From: Roseiarcus sp.
GTDB taxonomy: Bacteria; Pseudomonadota; Alphaproteobacteria; Rhizobiales; Beijerinckiaceae
Reading direction: 5' to 3'
NCBI GenBank assembly: GCA_050013275.1
Contig: JBEKFO010000001.1
Coordinates: 1,792 to 65,791 of the forward strand
DNA length: 64,000 bases
Positions 39,374 through 49,854 of this stretch are shown piece by piece (position 1 is the first letter of the stretch; each line of letters opens with the position of its first letter). Position numbers and translations under genes: made by a program. Under the pieces are notes generated by a model, which was not told where the DNA came from, did no database searches, and saw only the letters and a list, made by a program, of their open reading frames with translations.

Positions 39374-41137
39374 TCACACGGACTCGTCTCTGCGCGCCCG
39401 CAATTCCTGACGGCGCTTGGCGTAAGGCGTGCTGCGGGCCTGGGTCTCCTTGATCAGCGGATCGATCGTTCCGCTCGCCGGCGTTATCGCTTCGTCGCAA
39501 TAGGGATATTGGTCCTGTTTTTCCCAGGCGCGCCAAGCCCGCGCCAGACTGAGACGAAGCCGCGCGTAGGTCGTTACGTATCGCGCGGCCATGCGCGCGA
39601 GGCGCCAACCGTAACGCGGATAAAAGACGAGGGGATTTTCACGCTTCATGCCGAATCGCCGCTGTTTGCGTCGGACGATGCGAACGAGGCCGAATTCGGA
39701 AAACGCCACGCGCTCCAGCCGGGGGCCCTCGCGATAGGCGAGCAATTGATAGAGGGTGGTGAAGCGCATGCCGCTCTTTAGCGCCACCATGCGCTTGAAG
39801 ATCTTGTCGATGTGCTCGAACGAATAGAACGAGCGGTGCGCCTCGACATAGGCGTCCTCCCAGTCCTTATCGCTCATCAAGGGATGATGGGTCACACGGT
39901 GGCTGAGATCGTATTTGTTGAGGTCCGGGTCCATCCAAACGCCCGCCGCGCGCATCGTCTTGTGATCTTCACTGCCGGGCAGCGGGGTCAAATAATTCAG
40001 ATAAATCAGATCGATCGGCAGTTCGCGCTTCAAAATCTCGATGTCGCGCAGGATCGAAGCCTTGGTGTCGCCGGGAAAGCCGACGATATAGCCGCAGACG
40101 ACGACGACGGCGTGCCGTTTCCAGGCCAGCAACATCTCGCGATATTCCTCGATCCGGTTCTGCCGCTTGTTGACGCTTTCCAGATTGTCCGGGTTGATGC
40201 TTTCGAGCCCAATGAAGATCAGATGGGCGCCGGCGCGGAACATCTTGTCGATGAAGCCGGGAATGCGATGCGCCATGGTGTCGACCTGGATGATCATCCG
40301 CACCCAGAAACCCTCACGCTCGCGCAGTTCGATCAGCCGGTCGGCGTACGCTTCCCAATTGCGGTTGCGCGCGAAATTGTCGTCGGTGAGAAAGAAGCGG
40401 CAGACGCCGTTGACGGCGTTGGCCCGCACGATCGCTTCGAGATCGTCGGCGGTGCGAAAGCGACTCTTGCGCCCCTGCACATTGATGATGGTGCAGAACG
40501 AACATTCGAACGGACAGCCGCGGCCGAGATCGAAGCTCGACCAATGGGTCAGGTAGCGGCGCACGACCGCGCCGTCGAGCACGGGGACCGGGGCGTCGCG
40601 CAAATCCGGCAGATCGGCGAGATGATTGTAAAGCGGGCGCAGCGCTCCGGCAAAGCCGTCGCGCATGACTTCGTCGAAGCGACGCGCCTCGGCCTCGCCG
40701 GCGAATAGGCTGACGCCGAGCTCGCGCGCGAGCGCCAGTTCCGGCGCGTCTTCGCCGAGCATGGCGATGCAGCCCGACACGTGAAAGCCGCCGACGCAGA
40801 CCGGAACGCCGGCTCTTCTGAGCGGCCGGGCGATATCCATCGCGCGCGGGAATTGGTTGGTTTGAACGCCGACCAGACAGACCATCACCCGTCTGGCGCC
40901 GTCCGCGGCGCGCGCGATGATCGCGTCGACGTCGACCTTGGCGTTGGCCTCGTCGATCGCATGGCCGATCACCTCGACGTCCGGACCCAGCGCGCGCCGG
41001 GCGACGGCGTCGTCCAAGATGCCGGAGAGACAGGCGAGCGAATTGGACGGAATGATCGAGCGCAACCATTGGATGGGGTAGCCGTCTTCGTCGTAGCGCG
41101 TCGGCCGGATCAGATAGACCTCGAAGGTTCGCGCCAT
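39374..41137 (-). CDS. Radical SAM protein with B12-binding-like N-terminal domain
   Basis: GRGCPFECSFC (CxxxCxxC), GGFHVS, TDDNF, IGLES, YIVGFPGD, LTPLPGS. Confidence 0.9.
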   Translation of the reverse strand: MARTFEVYLIRPTRYDEDGYPIQWLRSIIPSNSLACLSGILDDAVARRALGPDVEVIGHAIDEANAKVDVDAIIARAADGARRVMVCLVGVQTNQFPRAMDIARPLRRAGVPVCVGGFHVSGCIAMLGEDAPELALARELGVSLFAGEAEARRFDEVMRDGFAGALRPLYNHLADLPDLRDAPVPVLDGAVVRRYLTHWSSFDLGRGCPFECSFCTIINVQGRKSRFRTADDLEAIVRANAVNGVCRFFLTDDNFARNRNWEAYADRLIELREREGFWVRMIIQVDTMAHRIPGFIDKMFRAGAHLIFIGLESINPDNLESVNKRQNRIEEYREMLLAWKRHAVVVVCGYIVGFPGDTKASILRDIEILKRELPIDLIYLNYLTPLPGSEDHKTMRAAGVWMDPDLNKYDLSHRVTHHPLMSDKDWEDAYVEAHRSFYSFEHIDKIFKRMVALKSGMRFTTLYQLLAYREGPRLERVAFSEFGLVRIVRRKQRRFGMKRENPLVFYPRYGWRLARMAARYVTTYARLRLSLARAWRAWEKQDQYPYCDEAITPASGTIDPLIKETQARSTPYAKRRQELRARRDESV

Positions 41138-41578
41138 CGCCTTTGCCCCCAACTCGCCGGCGTCTGTTCTCTCGAGTGAAGGCAAAATGACCGCGTCGAC
41201 CCCGCGCCCGCGGCTTCGCCTCGACGGTTGCAGGCGAACGACCGAGCCTCGTCGACTGCGCGTCTGCTTCCGGCTCGCGACCGGCCCGAACGCTCGCCAC
41301 CCGCCCGGAACGCGCGTCGGAGCCAGTCGGCGCGAGCCCGATCAAGAGTAGCCGCCAACTTTTCCACGATCAAGACGAACATTTCCCGCGCCTCTCGGCG
41401 GCGCTCGCGACAACCGTGCGTCTTAGCCAATCGGAGCAACGGGCGCTGGCTGAAGTTCGGCGGCTCCAAGAGTGTGGCCCTCGCGCCACGTCCTCGATTG
41501 TTTGCCCCTTGCGGGTCGGCGGCGGGTAGCCGGTGGGGCGCCGAACTGGTATACCGCGCTCGCGGTGGGGATCAGCCG

Positions 41579-42766
41579 ATGAAGCGAAGCAGCCGGATGG
41601 GGCGCGGGCTGGGATTTTGCCTGGCTGCGATGGCGGGGCTGTGCGGCTGCGCGTCGTTGCCGAACTCCGGGCCGAGCGCCGGCGACGTTGCGCAGCAGGC
41701 GGCGGTCGACTCGGTTCAGCGTTATGAATTCGTGGACCTCGATCCTTCGGTGGTCGAGCGGGTCAATCAGGGCAGCGCCGACAGTCTGGTCGCGCATTTC
41801 GGCGATTACCGCCGGACCGCCGAGCCGGTCATCGGCGTCGGCGACGTGGTGTCGGTGACGATCTGGGAAGCGAGCGCGGGCGGTCTGTTTTCGGCGCCCA
41901 TGATCAGCGACAAGATGAGCGCCGGCTCCAACAGCGCGACGATCCCCGAACAAGTGGTCGGCCGCGACGGCGCAATCACGGTTCCCTACGCCGGCCGCGT
42001 GCACGTGGCCGGGCGCACCGCGCGCGCCGTCCAGGGCGACATCGAGGCCGCGCTGCAAGGCAAGGCGATCCAGCCCCAGGTCCTGGTCAACGTGACGCAC
42101 GCGATCAGCAACACGGTGACGGTGGGGGGCGAAGTCGCCGCCGGCGCGCGGGTCCCGCTGTCGGTCAGAGGCGATCGGCTGCTGGACGTGATCGCGGCCG
42201 CCGGCGGGGTGCGCGCGCCGGTCAACGAAACCTACGTCGAATTGTCGCGCGGCGCGAAGACCTCGCGCGTGCCGCTGAGCCGGGTCATCGCCAATCCGCG
42301 AGAGAACATCTACCTTCAGCCGAACGACGTGGTGACGCTGGTGCGCGACCCGCAGACCTTCATCGCCTACGGCGCGACCGGCCGCAACGCCGAAATCCCG
42401 TTCGACGCCGACGGCATCAATCTGGCGCAGGCGCTCGCCAAGGCGGGCGGGCTGGACGACAACCGCTCCGATCCGCAGGGCGTTTTCATTTTCCGTTACG
42501 AACCCGAGCCGATCGCGCGCGCCATCCGGCCGGACAGCCCGCTCCTCGTTCCCGGACGTCCGATGCCGATCGTCTACCGGCTGAACCTCAGCGATCCCAA
42601 CAGCCTGTTCGTCGAGCAGAACTTCCGCATCGCCAGCCGGGATTTGATCTTCGTCTCCAACGCGCCGTTCACCGAGGTCGAGAAGGTCATGGGCGTGATC
42701 AACGGCGGGCTGTCGACCGCCAGTTCGCTCGCCACCGTCACCAACGCCGCCAGCACAATCAAGTGA
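41579..42766 (+). CDS. Outer-membrane polysaccharide export lipoprotein (OPX; capsule CtrA/BexD/Wza-like)
   Basis: Lipobox LCGC + LPNSGPS; IGVGDVVSVTIWE, DGAITVPYAG (PES motif), SLBB repeats, C-terminal amphipathic helix. Confidence 0.92.
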   Translation: MKRSSRMGRGLGFCLAAMAGLCGCASLPNSGPSAGDVAQQAAVDSVQRYEFVDLDPSVVERVNQGSADSLVAHFGDYRRTAEPVIGVGDVVSVTIWEASAGGLFSAPMISDKMSAGSNSATIPEQVVGRDGAITVPYAGRVHVAGRTARAVQGDIEAALQGKAIQPQVLVNVTHAISNTVTVGGEVAAGARVPLSVRGDRLLDVIAAAGGVRAPVNETYVELSRGAKTSRVPLSRVIANPRENIYLQPNDVVTLVRDPQTFIAYGATGRNAEIPFDADGINLAQALAKAGGLDDNRSDPQGVFIFRYEPEPIARAIRPDSPLLVPGRPMPIVYRLNLSDPNSLFVEQNFRIASRDLIFVSNAPFTEVEKVMGVINGGLSTASSLATVTNAASTIK

Positions 42767-42839
42767 CGCCGCGCCGAGATCGGACGCTCGTCGCGCCGCT
42801 CGCTCTTCCAAGCCTCGCCGATCGGCGCAGGGCGCAACG

Positions 42840-44120
42840 TCACAGCGAGGCCAGGAACGCCTCCAGGGCGCGAAAATAGTCCTTTGAATCGGCGAGCGCG
42901 GGCCGCGCCGCTCGAGCGGCGGCGCTTGGGCTTTCCATCTTCGCTTCGATTGCGCGCAGCCACCCTTCCCCGTCGATCGGCGAAACAGCGGTGAAGGATC
43001 CCCCGGCGACCTCCCGGAACACTTGGATGTCCGACGCTATGACCGGCGCGCCCAGGGCCAGCGCCTCGACCAGCGGCAGGCCGTAGCCTTCGGCGAAGGA
43101 GGGCATCAGCAGCGCGCGGGCGCCCCGCATCAGCCGAACAAGGCTGGGAGTGGCAAGACCCGACACTTCGAGCACGTGCGCGCGCAACGCGGCGCAACGC
43201 TCCAGGAGATCGACGATGTTCTCGTTCTCCCAGCCGCGCGCGCCCACGATCACCAGCTTGGGCGCGGCTTGCCCATGGCGCGCCACGAGCTCGCGCCAGA
43301 CATGGAGCGTCATCAGATGATTCTTGCGCGGCTCGAGGGTGCCGCACTGCAGGAAATAGGGCGTCTTGCGCAGCTCGTCGTCGATCGGGCCGCCCGCCTG
43401 GAAGAGCGGCGAGACCGGCGGCGCGGCGACCAGCGCAGGAAGGTCGGACCGTCCGTTTGCGCGCAAATGGGCCAGCAGGGCGTCTTTGACGGCGTGCGTC
43501 GAGACGATCACGCCGGCGGCGAACCGCGCCACCTGACGCAGGCGGGTATGGTGACGGGCGAATTCGCGCTTGCGAAAATACTCCGGCGCCTCGAGCGGCA
43601 GCATGTCGTGAATATAGAACACCGGCTTGACGTCGCGGCGCGCGGCGAGCCAATCGAGCGCGCCTTCGCGCGCCAAGGGGTATTGGCTGACGTTGAGGTA
43701 GACGGCGCCGCGAGTCAGCGTGCGGCGCGCGCTGTTGGCGAGCATCGCGCCGTGGCGAATCGCCCAACCCAGCGGGGCGGCGTTGATGGCGCCGCGCACT
43801 CCTCGAATGCGCTGGGGCGTCGTGCGGTCCCCGCAAGCGCTGTTGCGCAGCCAGGCCAAGATCTCGGGAAAGGCCGAATCGGGCGCCGACGCGTCGTGTT
43901 CGCCAAAATGCCGATCGAGCAAGCCAAGCAGTTCGACTGCGCCTGGGCGCGCGAGCGCAAAATGGCCGAGTCCCGGCACAAACACCGCTCCGCTCGCTTC
44001 GTCGTCGCGATCACTGAGAAAATGGCGGGCCAGCGTCATGTCGACGCGATCGATGCCGTTGGGGGTGACGTTGAGAAATCGGCTGGTCAACCGGGTGACG
44101 TCGTAGACGATTTCCGACAT
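42840..44120 (-). CDS. GT4 (Glycos_transf_1) glycosyltransferase
   Basis: YDVTRL, NGIDRV, IHDMLP, GTLEPRKN, PSFAEGYGLPLVEA, ASDI. Confidence 0.92.
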   Translation of the reverse strand: MSEIVYDVTRLTSRFLNVTPNGIDRVDMTLARHFLSDRDDEASGAVFVPGLGHFALARPGAVELLGLLDRHFGEHDASAPDSAFPEILAWLRNSACGDRTTPQRIRGVRGAINAAPLGWAIRHGAMLANSARRTLTRGAVYLNVSQYPLAREGALDWLAARRDVKPVFYIHDMLPLEAPEYFRKREFARHHTRLRQVARFAAGVIVSTHAVKDALLAHLRANGRSDLPALVAAPPVSPLFQAGGPIDDELRKTPYFLQCGTLEPRKNHLMTLHVWRELVARHGQAAPKLVIVGARGWENENIVDLLERCAALRAHVLEVSGLATPSLVRLMRGARALLMPSFAEGYGLPLVEALALGAPVIASDIQVFREVAGGSFTAVSPIDGEGWLRAIEAKMESPSAAARAARPALADSKDYFRALEAFLASL

Positions 44121-44597
44121 GCGGGGCCATGGACAGGAATGGGCGTCGCGCGCCGGAATGGCTCTCGACGGCGTCAAAGGCGTCCAAAACGCGGCGGGGC
44201 GGATCTCGGACGGGAAAACGGTCTACAGGCAAGATTAGCGAATTGACTTGAACCCGTCGAAACATTTCTTCCCGTGCCGCAGCGATGACGTCGAAGAGGA
44301 TGCGCGCAAGACTCCGCGGCGCAATTGGGCGGCGAGTGGGCGCGACGGCGCCCGAGATTCGGCGCCTCCTCGGTTCGGCGCGCAGGTTTGCGAACGACCG
44401 AACATTCCGCCCCGGTTCGCGTCCTTCGAACCCGGATGACGGTTTTTACTCGATACTTCAGCGTCGATTCATCGACTGCTAAGCAACAACTATGGTTAAA
44501 TCGACAATGGCGGGGCGGGCGCTTAACCTTCGGCCTCAGTCGACATAAATATACAATTCTGGACAATTTCTTCACAAAATCGGTTCGGGTAATTGGA

Positions 44598-45479
44598 ATG
44601 TCGACGCCGAAACAACCTGACGTGCTTTGCCGGCCGATCGGCGACGGCGACATCGAGGGGGTCATCGCCTGCCTGCAGCGCGGGTTTCCCGAACGGCCCC
44701 GTTCCTATTGGGCGCATGGGCTCGATTGGATGGCGCGGCGCCCGGCGATCGAGGACTATCCGCGCTACGGCCAGGCCCTGATCGCCAAGGGAGAGGTCGT
44801 CGGCGTGCTGCTGCAAATCTTTTCTCGGCGCGTCACGGCGACCGACGCCAGCGTCCGCTGCAATCTTTCGAGTTGGTGCGTCGATCCCGAATACCGCAGC
44901 CACTCGCTGACGCTGCACCTGAAGGCCGTGAAGCGCCCCGAAGTGACCTACGTCAATATTTCTCCAGCCCCGCACACGCACAAGACGATCGAGGCTTTGG
45001 GCTTCCGCCGCTTTTCTCAAGGCCGGATGATCGCGGCGCCGATCCTGTCGGCGCCGCAGCGCAACGTCCGCGTCGTCGCTTTCGCCGCGGACGGCCCCGA
45101 GGCCGCCCTTCTCACGCAGGACGAGCGCCAAGTTCTGGCCGAGCATGCGGCGATGGGATGCCGCGCGATCGTCTGCGTGAGCGACGGCATGGCCTATCCG
45201 TTCGTCGTTCAGCCGGGCCGGCTCGTGCGCAACCTCATTCCCTGCTGGCGGCTGATCTATTGCCGCGAGCTCGGCGAATTCGTCCGCTTCGCCAATGCGA
45301 TCGGACGGCATATGCTGTTTCGCGGCGGCCCCTTTTGCGCCGTCGACGCGATGGGGCGCGCGCCGGGGCTGGTCGGCTGGTTTGTTTCCGGACGCATTCC
45401 GCCGAGATACTTCAAGGGGTCGGTCCCGCCCGGCCTCGGCGATCTCGCCTACACCGAAGTGGTCGTCTTCGGCCCGTAG
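44598..45479 (+). CDS. Hypothetical protein, acyl-CoA N-acyltransferase (GNAT)-like
   Basis: ATG at 44598; VVGVLL, CNLSSWCVDPEYRS, ALGFRRF. Confidence 0.65.
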   Translation: MSTPKQPDVLCRPIGDGDIEGVIACLQRGFPERPRSYWAHGLDWMARRPAIEDYPRYGQALIAKGEVVGVLLQIFSRRVTATDASVRCNLSSWCVDPEYRSHSLTLHLKAVKRPEVTYVNISPAPHTHKTIEALGFRRFSQGRMIAAPILSAPQRNVRVVAFAADGPEAALLTQDERQVLAEHAAMGCRAIVCVSDGMAYPFVVQPGRLVRNLIPCWRLIYCRELGEFVRFANAIGRHMLFRGGPFCAVDAMGRAPGLVGWFVSGRIPPRYFKGSVPPGLGDLAYTEVVVFGP

Positions 45480-45510
45480 CGTCTGCGCCGACGGCGCGTC
45501 GCCGGCGCGC

Positions 45511-46299
45511 TCAGCGCAGATCGCGCAGCATCAGGAACAGGGCGTGCGGATTGGTCACGAGGTAGCGCACGAACAGCCGTCGCGGCTCGACGCCCACTCT
45601 GAACAGCCATTCCAGCCCGATCTTCTGCATCCACCGCGGCGCGCGCGGCTTCGCCAATGCGAGGAAGTCGAACAACCCGCCGGCGGTCTTGACGATCGCC
45701 ACGCCCTTCAGCGCCGCGAGATTGCGCGCGCAGAACCGCTGCTCCAGGGGAACGCCGAGCGAAACCCAGAGCACGTCGGGCCGCAGCCGAGCGACTTCTT
45801 CGACGATCGCGGGCTCCTCGGCGCGCGAGAAGTAGCCGTTGCGGCGGCCGACGATCCGCAGCCCGGGATAGTCGGCGAGCGCAGTCTCGACCGCCTTGCG
45901 GTTCGCCTCCTCGGTCGCGCCCAACATATAGAAAGTGACGCCCGTCTCGGCGGCCAGCCGCGCCACCGCCGGGAAGAGATCGGTGGTCGCGACCCGTTCG
46001 GGCAGGGGATTGGCGCAGAGGTAGCGCGACAGCAACACCAGCGGCTGGCCGTCGGCGTTAACCGAATCGGCGGAGAGGATCGACTCCTTGAGTTCTCGAT
46101 CCTGCGCGCAAAGCGAAATGACCTGGCCGTTGAGCGAGGTCGAATAGATCGGCCGCGCCGCCTTGGCGCGTTCGGCGCTGCGGCAATAATCGATAAAGGC
46201 GTGCGCTGTTTCCTGGATGTCGACGGCGTCGATCGGAAACTGGCCGATACGGACGGTTCCTCGCCCGTCCTGCCTCGATTTCCTGACCGCGAGTTGCAT
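45511..46299 (-). CDS. WecB/TagA/CpsF (GT26) glycosyltransferase
   Basis: ADGQPLV, ERVATTDL, GRRNGYF, PDVLWVSLGVP.E, GGLFDF, RAPRWMQ..GLEWLFR...EPRRL..RY. Confidence 0.95.
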   Translation of the reverse strand: MQLAVRKSRQDGRGTVRIGQFPIDAVDIQETAHAFIDYCRSAERAKAARPIYSTSLNGQVISLCAQDRELKESILSADSVNADGQPLVLLSRYLCANPLPERVATTDLFPAVARLAAETGVTFYMLGATEEANRKAVETALADYPGLRIVGRRNGYFSRAEEPAIVEEVARLRPDVLWVSLGVPLEQRFCARNLAALKGVAIVKTAGGLFDFLALAKPRAPRWMQKIGLEWLFRVGVEPRRLFVRYLVTNPHALFLMLRDLR

Positions 46300-46514
46300 C
46301 GCTCCGCTCCGTTCCCTTGCGAGAGAGAGCAAGACGCAAGTCGCAGGCCTCCCGAATCGGGACATCCGTCTTCGGTTTTTCGAAATGCGCGGCGATCGGG
46401 CGCCGAAAGCGAGCGGCGGCGAACGTGGCGCTGACGATGGCACGATTCTTCCAAGGGCCCAGAGCCCGACGCCTGCCTGTGTTTCATACCGGGGCGGATC
46501 ACGACGGAGTTCGG

Positions 46515-47420
46515 ATGCCAACCAAGGTGAACGAGGTCGCTTGCTTCGCACCAGCCGAGACGCCACGCGGCGCGGCGGCGCCGAACTCGGACCGAACCGA
46601 TTCGCCCTGCGATCGAACCGACGGACCTTTGGCGAATTTGCGGCGCAAGATCTCTTCGCGCCTGGCGCGCCATATCGCGCTAGAACGCAGGCGGCTCGTT
46701 GACGCAAAGCCGATGGTCAGTTTCACGTTTGACGACGCCGCGGTGAGCGCCGGCCTGGCGGGCGCCGAACGGCTGGAACGAATGGGCGCGCGCGGAACCT
46801 ACTACATCGCCTCCGGCCTGATCGGGCGAAGCGACTACGGCTACGCCCTAATGGGCCGCGAGAGCGTGCGCGACCTCCATCTCAGGGGCCACGAAATCGG
46901 CCTTCACGGCCACGCCCACCTGGCGGCGGGCGCCTTCTCCGCGCAAGAGTTTCGCGACGACCTGCAAAGAAACAGGGATTGGCTGGAATCCATCGACGAA
47001 GGCATCCGCCCCGCCAATTTCGCCTACCCCTACGGCATCGCCTCTTTCGCCCGCAAACGCCAGCTCTATGGTTTGGTCGCCTCCAGCCGCAGCGTCGCGC
47101 CGGGCGTCATGGCCGGCGACTTCGATCCGCAGTATCTGCGTTGCGTCGAACTGGCGGATCGACGCCTGACGCCCGAGCGGCTCGCCGCCTATCTCGACGC
47201 CACGGTCCAATCTGGCGGTTGGTTAATCTTCTGTTGCCACGACATCGCCGACGCGCCGACTTCATACGGTTGCACCACCGGGCTGTTTCAGCGCGCGCTC
47301 GACGGCGCGGTCTCGCGCGGGGTCGAAATCGTCACCGTCGCCGCTGGGCTCGCCCGCAGCCGGCCAGTGGGAAAGCCGGCGCTTTCGGCGAACGAGGCAA
47401 GGGGTTCGAAACTTTCCTAG
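46515..47420 (+). CDS. Polysaccharide deacetylase (CE4/NodB)
   Basis: SFTFDD, GHEIGLHGHAH, FAYPYG, LIFCCHD; start uncertain. Confidence 0.9.
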   Translation: MPTKVNEVACFAPAETPRGAAAPNSDRTDSPCDRTDGPLANLRRKISSRLARHIALERRRLVDAKPMVSFTFDDAAVSAGLAGAERLERMGARGTYYIASGLIGRSDYGYALMGRESVRDLHLRGHEIGLHGHAHLAAGAFSAQEFRDDLQRNRDWLESIDEGIRPANFAYPYGIASFARKRQLYGLVASSRSVAPGVMAGDFDPQYLRCVELADRRLTPERLAAYLDATVQSGGWLIFCCHDIADAPTSYGCTTGLFQRALDGAVSRGVEIVTVAAGLARSRPVGKPALSANEARGSKLS

Positions 47421-47527
47421 CGCAAGAGTTTCAAGGCGGTCGGCGGCTCCCAAACGGCGCGGGTCCGAGACTGAAGCGGTCCGCCTAAAATGTGCTCGGC
47501 GCGCCGTTGGGTCGATAAGCGAAGCTC

Positions 47528-48562
47528 GTGGTCGCAGCCATGCATAAGGACATGACTCCAGTCGAGGACGCGTCGACTCTCGCGAATCCCGGAACTGGCG
47601 CGGCGAGCCGTTTGTCGCAATCGGCGCCGGAGGCCGTCGTTTGCGTGCCGACCTGTCGACGCCCCGAGATGCTCCGCCTGACGTTGCAGTCTCTGGTCGA
47701 ACAGACCGGCCCGACCCGCTTCGCCGTCGTCGTCGTCGACAACGATTCGCTCGGCATGGCCGGCGCCGCGGTCGCGGACGCGTTCTTTTCCGACAGGCTG
47801 CTCGAGGGTTTGTGCGTGGTCGAGGCGCAGCCCGGCAATTGCCGCGCCTGCAATCGCGCGTTCGAGGAAGCGCGCCGCCGCTTCGCCTTGGCGTCGTATA
47901 TTTTGATGATCGACGACGATGAAGTCGCCGACCCGGAATGGCTGAGCCGGATGATCGCCGCGGCGCGCGAAAGACAAGTCGACATCGTCGGCGGCCCGGT
48001 CGTGCCGCGCTTTGCCGACGGCGCGCCCGACGCGCTCGCCCACCATCCCGTCTACTGGCCGGCCTTTAGCCGCAGCGGCTTCGTGTCGATGATCTACGGT
48101 TCGGGCAATTTCCTCATCCGCCGCCAAGCGTTCGAGCGGCTGAACCATCCGGAATTCGACCTGCGCTACAATTTCCTCGGCGGCGGCGACACGGAGTTCT
48201 TCACCCGCTGTCGGCGCGCCGGGCTGACGTTCTACTGGGAACAGGCCGCGCGCATCGTCGAAACGGTGCCCGGCGATCGGGTTCGCCCGGCATGGATCTT
48301 GCGGCGCGGCCTTCGCATCGGCGCCATCAACTTTCACATCGACGAGGCCGCGAACCGATCGGCCTTCGGCCGTGTCAGGCTCGCCGCCAAGAACGGCGTT
48401 CTTCTCCCCGTCTCGGCTTTTCGAACGTTGAAGCTGCTCGCACAGGGCAAGCCGGCGCTCGTTTCGCTCCATCCGATGGTGGTGGCGGTCGGGCGCCTGT
48501 TGGCCTGGCTCGGCGTCGAGCCTCAGCAATATCGCTTCCCGCCGGCGGAGCCGAAACCATGA
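47528..48562 (+). CDS. GT2 glycosyltransferase (ExoM-like)
   Basis: VCVPTCRRP, VVDND, MIDDDE, VGGPV.P, GGGDTEFF. Confidence 0.9.
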   Translation: MVAAMHKDMTPVEDASTLANPGTGAASRLSQSAPEAVVCVPTCRRPEMLRLTLQSLVEQTGPTRFAVVVVDNDSLGMAGAAVADAFFSDRLLEGLCVVEAQPGNCRACNRAFEEARRRFALASYILMIDDDEVADPEWLSRMIAAARERQVDIVGGPVVPRFADGAPDALAHHPVYWPAFSRSGFVSMIYGSGNFLIRRQAFERLNHPEFDLRYNFLGGGDTEFFTRCRRAGLTFYWEQAARIVETVPGDRVRPAWILRRGLRIGAINFHIDEAANRSAFGRVRLAAKNGVLLPVSAFRTLKLLAQGKPALVSLHPMVVAVGRLLAWLGVEPQQYRFPPAEPKP

Positions 48563-49854
48563 CCTCTTCGGCGGCCAGCGTCCCGACCGTTCAGGGCGAC
48601 GCCGTTCCGTGGCGCGCGATCGCCTTCGTCGCCGCCTTGTCTCTGGCCTGGATCACGTTGCAACCCTTCGCCGATCTTGGCGCGGAGGACGCGCTCGATC
48701 TCGGCGCCGGCCGCGAGATCGCGACCTACTTCGCCTTCGCCGCGTGCGCGGCGCTTTGCCTCCATTTGGCGGCGTCGACGGATCGCCCCGCCCTCCGACG
48801 TCTCGCCAATCCGGCCTTTGTCGCGCTGGCAGTATGGGTCGCCATCAGTTGCGCGACCTCGCAAGACGTCGCGACGTCGCTGAAACGCGCCGCGCTATGC
48901 GGCTTTGTCGCCGTCGTCGCCGCCGCCTTGCCGCTGCTGCCGCGCGGACGCATGCACCTGGCGACCATGTTCGGCGTCGCCGCCGGCGCGCTCCTCGCGC
49001 TATCCTATTTCGGCGTGATCTTCATGCCGCAATACGCCGTCCACCAGGCGAGCGACCTCGGCGAACCGGCGCTGGCGGGCGACTGGCGCGGCGTGTTCGG
49101 CCACAAGAACCTGGCGAGCGCCGTATTCGTCTTCGTCGCCTTCATCGGCATTTACGTCGCGCGCGCCGGACGCGCCGTCGCGGGCGTCGTCATTACCGCC
49201 CTCTCGTTGCTGTTCGTGGTCTTCGCCAACGGCAAGACCGAGAACTTGCTGTGGGCGCCGACGCTCGCCGTTTCCTTGTTCGCCGCGCGTTACGGCGCCG
49301 GATGGGCGTGGCGCGTCGCGGCCATCGCGCCCTTCGCCGCGCTCAACGCGTTGGGCGTCGGCTCGGTGATCGTCGCGCCGATCGGATCGCTGGTGGCGAG
49401 CCTCCCGGTCGACCCGACGTTCACCGGCCGCGTCGACGTCTGGCGCTACGCGCTGGACAAGCTCGCCGAGCATCCCTTGCTCGGCTACGGGTTCGACGCA
49501 TTCTGGAACACCGAATCGGTCCGTTTCGGAACCGACAGTTCAACCGCCTGGGTCGCCGGCGCCGCGCATGCGCACAACGGCTTGGTCGACGTCGCGATGT
49601 CGATGGGCGTTCCCGGCGTCGCTCTGGCGCTGTGGGCTTTCCTCGTCCAACCGCTCGCCGACATCGGCAAAGCCGCCAAAAGCGGCGCCGACCCGGCGCT
49701 GATGACGTTGCTGACGCAAATCTGGCTGTTCGGCCTTTATGTTTCGTCGCTCGAGTCGTTCCTGTTCGATCGCGCCGACCCGATCTGGTTCACCTTCCTG
49801 TTCGCGGTGTTCGCTCTGCGCTATGTCGCGAGTTTTCGGACGTCGCCGCAATGA
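48559..49854 (+). CDS. O-antigen ligase/Wzy polymerase family membrane protein (ExoQ-like)
   Basis: Multiple TM segments; WRGVFGHKN, TFTGR..W, P.LGYGF.AFW, HAHNG; ATGA overlap with the upstream gene. Confidence 0.9.
   Translation: MTSSAASVPTVQGDAVPWRAIAFVAALSLAWITLQPFADLGAEDALDLGAGREIATYFAFAACAALCLHLAASTDRPALRRLANPAFVALAVWVAISCATSQDVATSLKRAALCGFVAVVAAALPLLPRGRMHLATMFGVAAGALLALSYFGVIFMPQYAVHQASDLGEPALAGDWRGVFGHKNLASAVFVFVAFIGIYVARAGRAVAGVVITALSLLFVVFANGKTENLLWAPTLAVSLFAARYGAGWAWRVAAIAPFAALNALGVGSVIVAPIGSLVASLPVDPTFTGRVDVWRYALDKLAEHPLLGYGFDAFWNTESVRFGTDSSTAWVAGAAHAHNGLVDVAMSMGVPGVALALWAFLVQPLADIGKAAKSGADPALMTLLTQIWLFGLYVSSLESFLFDRADPIWFTFLFAVFALRYVASFRTSPQ

Noticed and set aside
48609-49850. 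N-terminal half of the 779-aa ORF 48609-50948
   Set aside because: Overlaps the Wzy gene out of frame; the real GT starts at ATG 49851.
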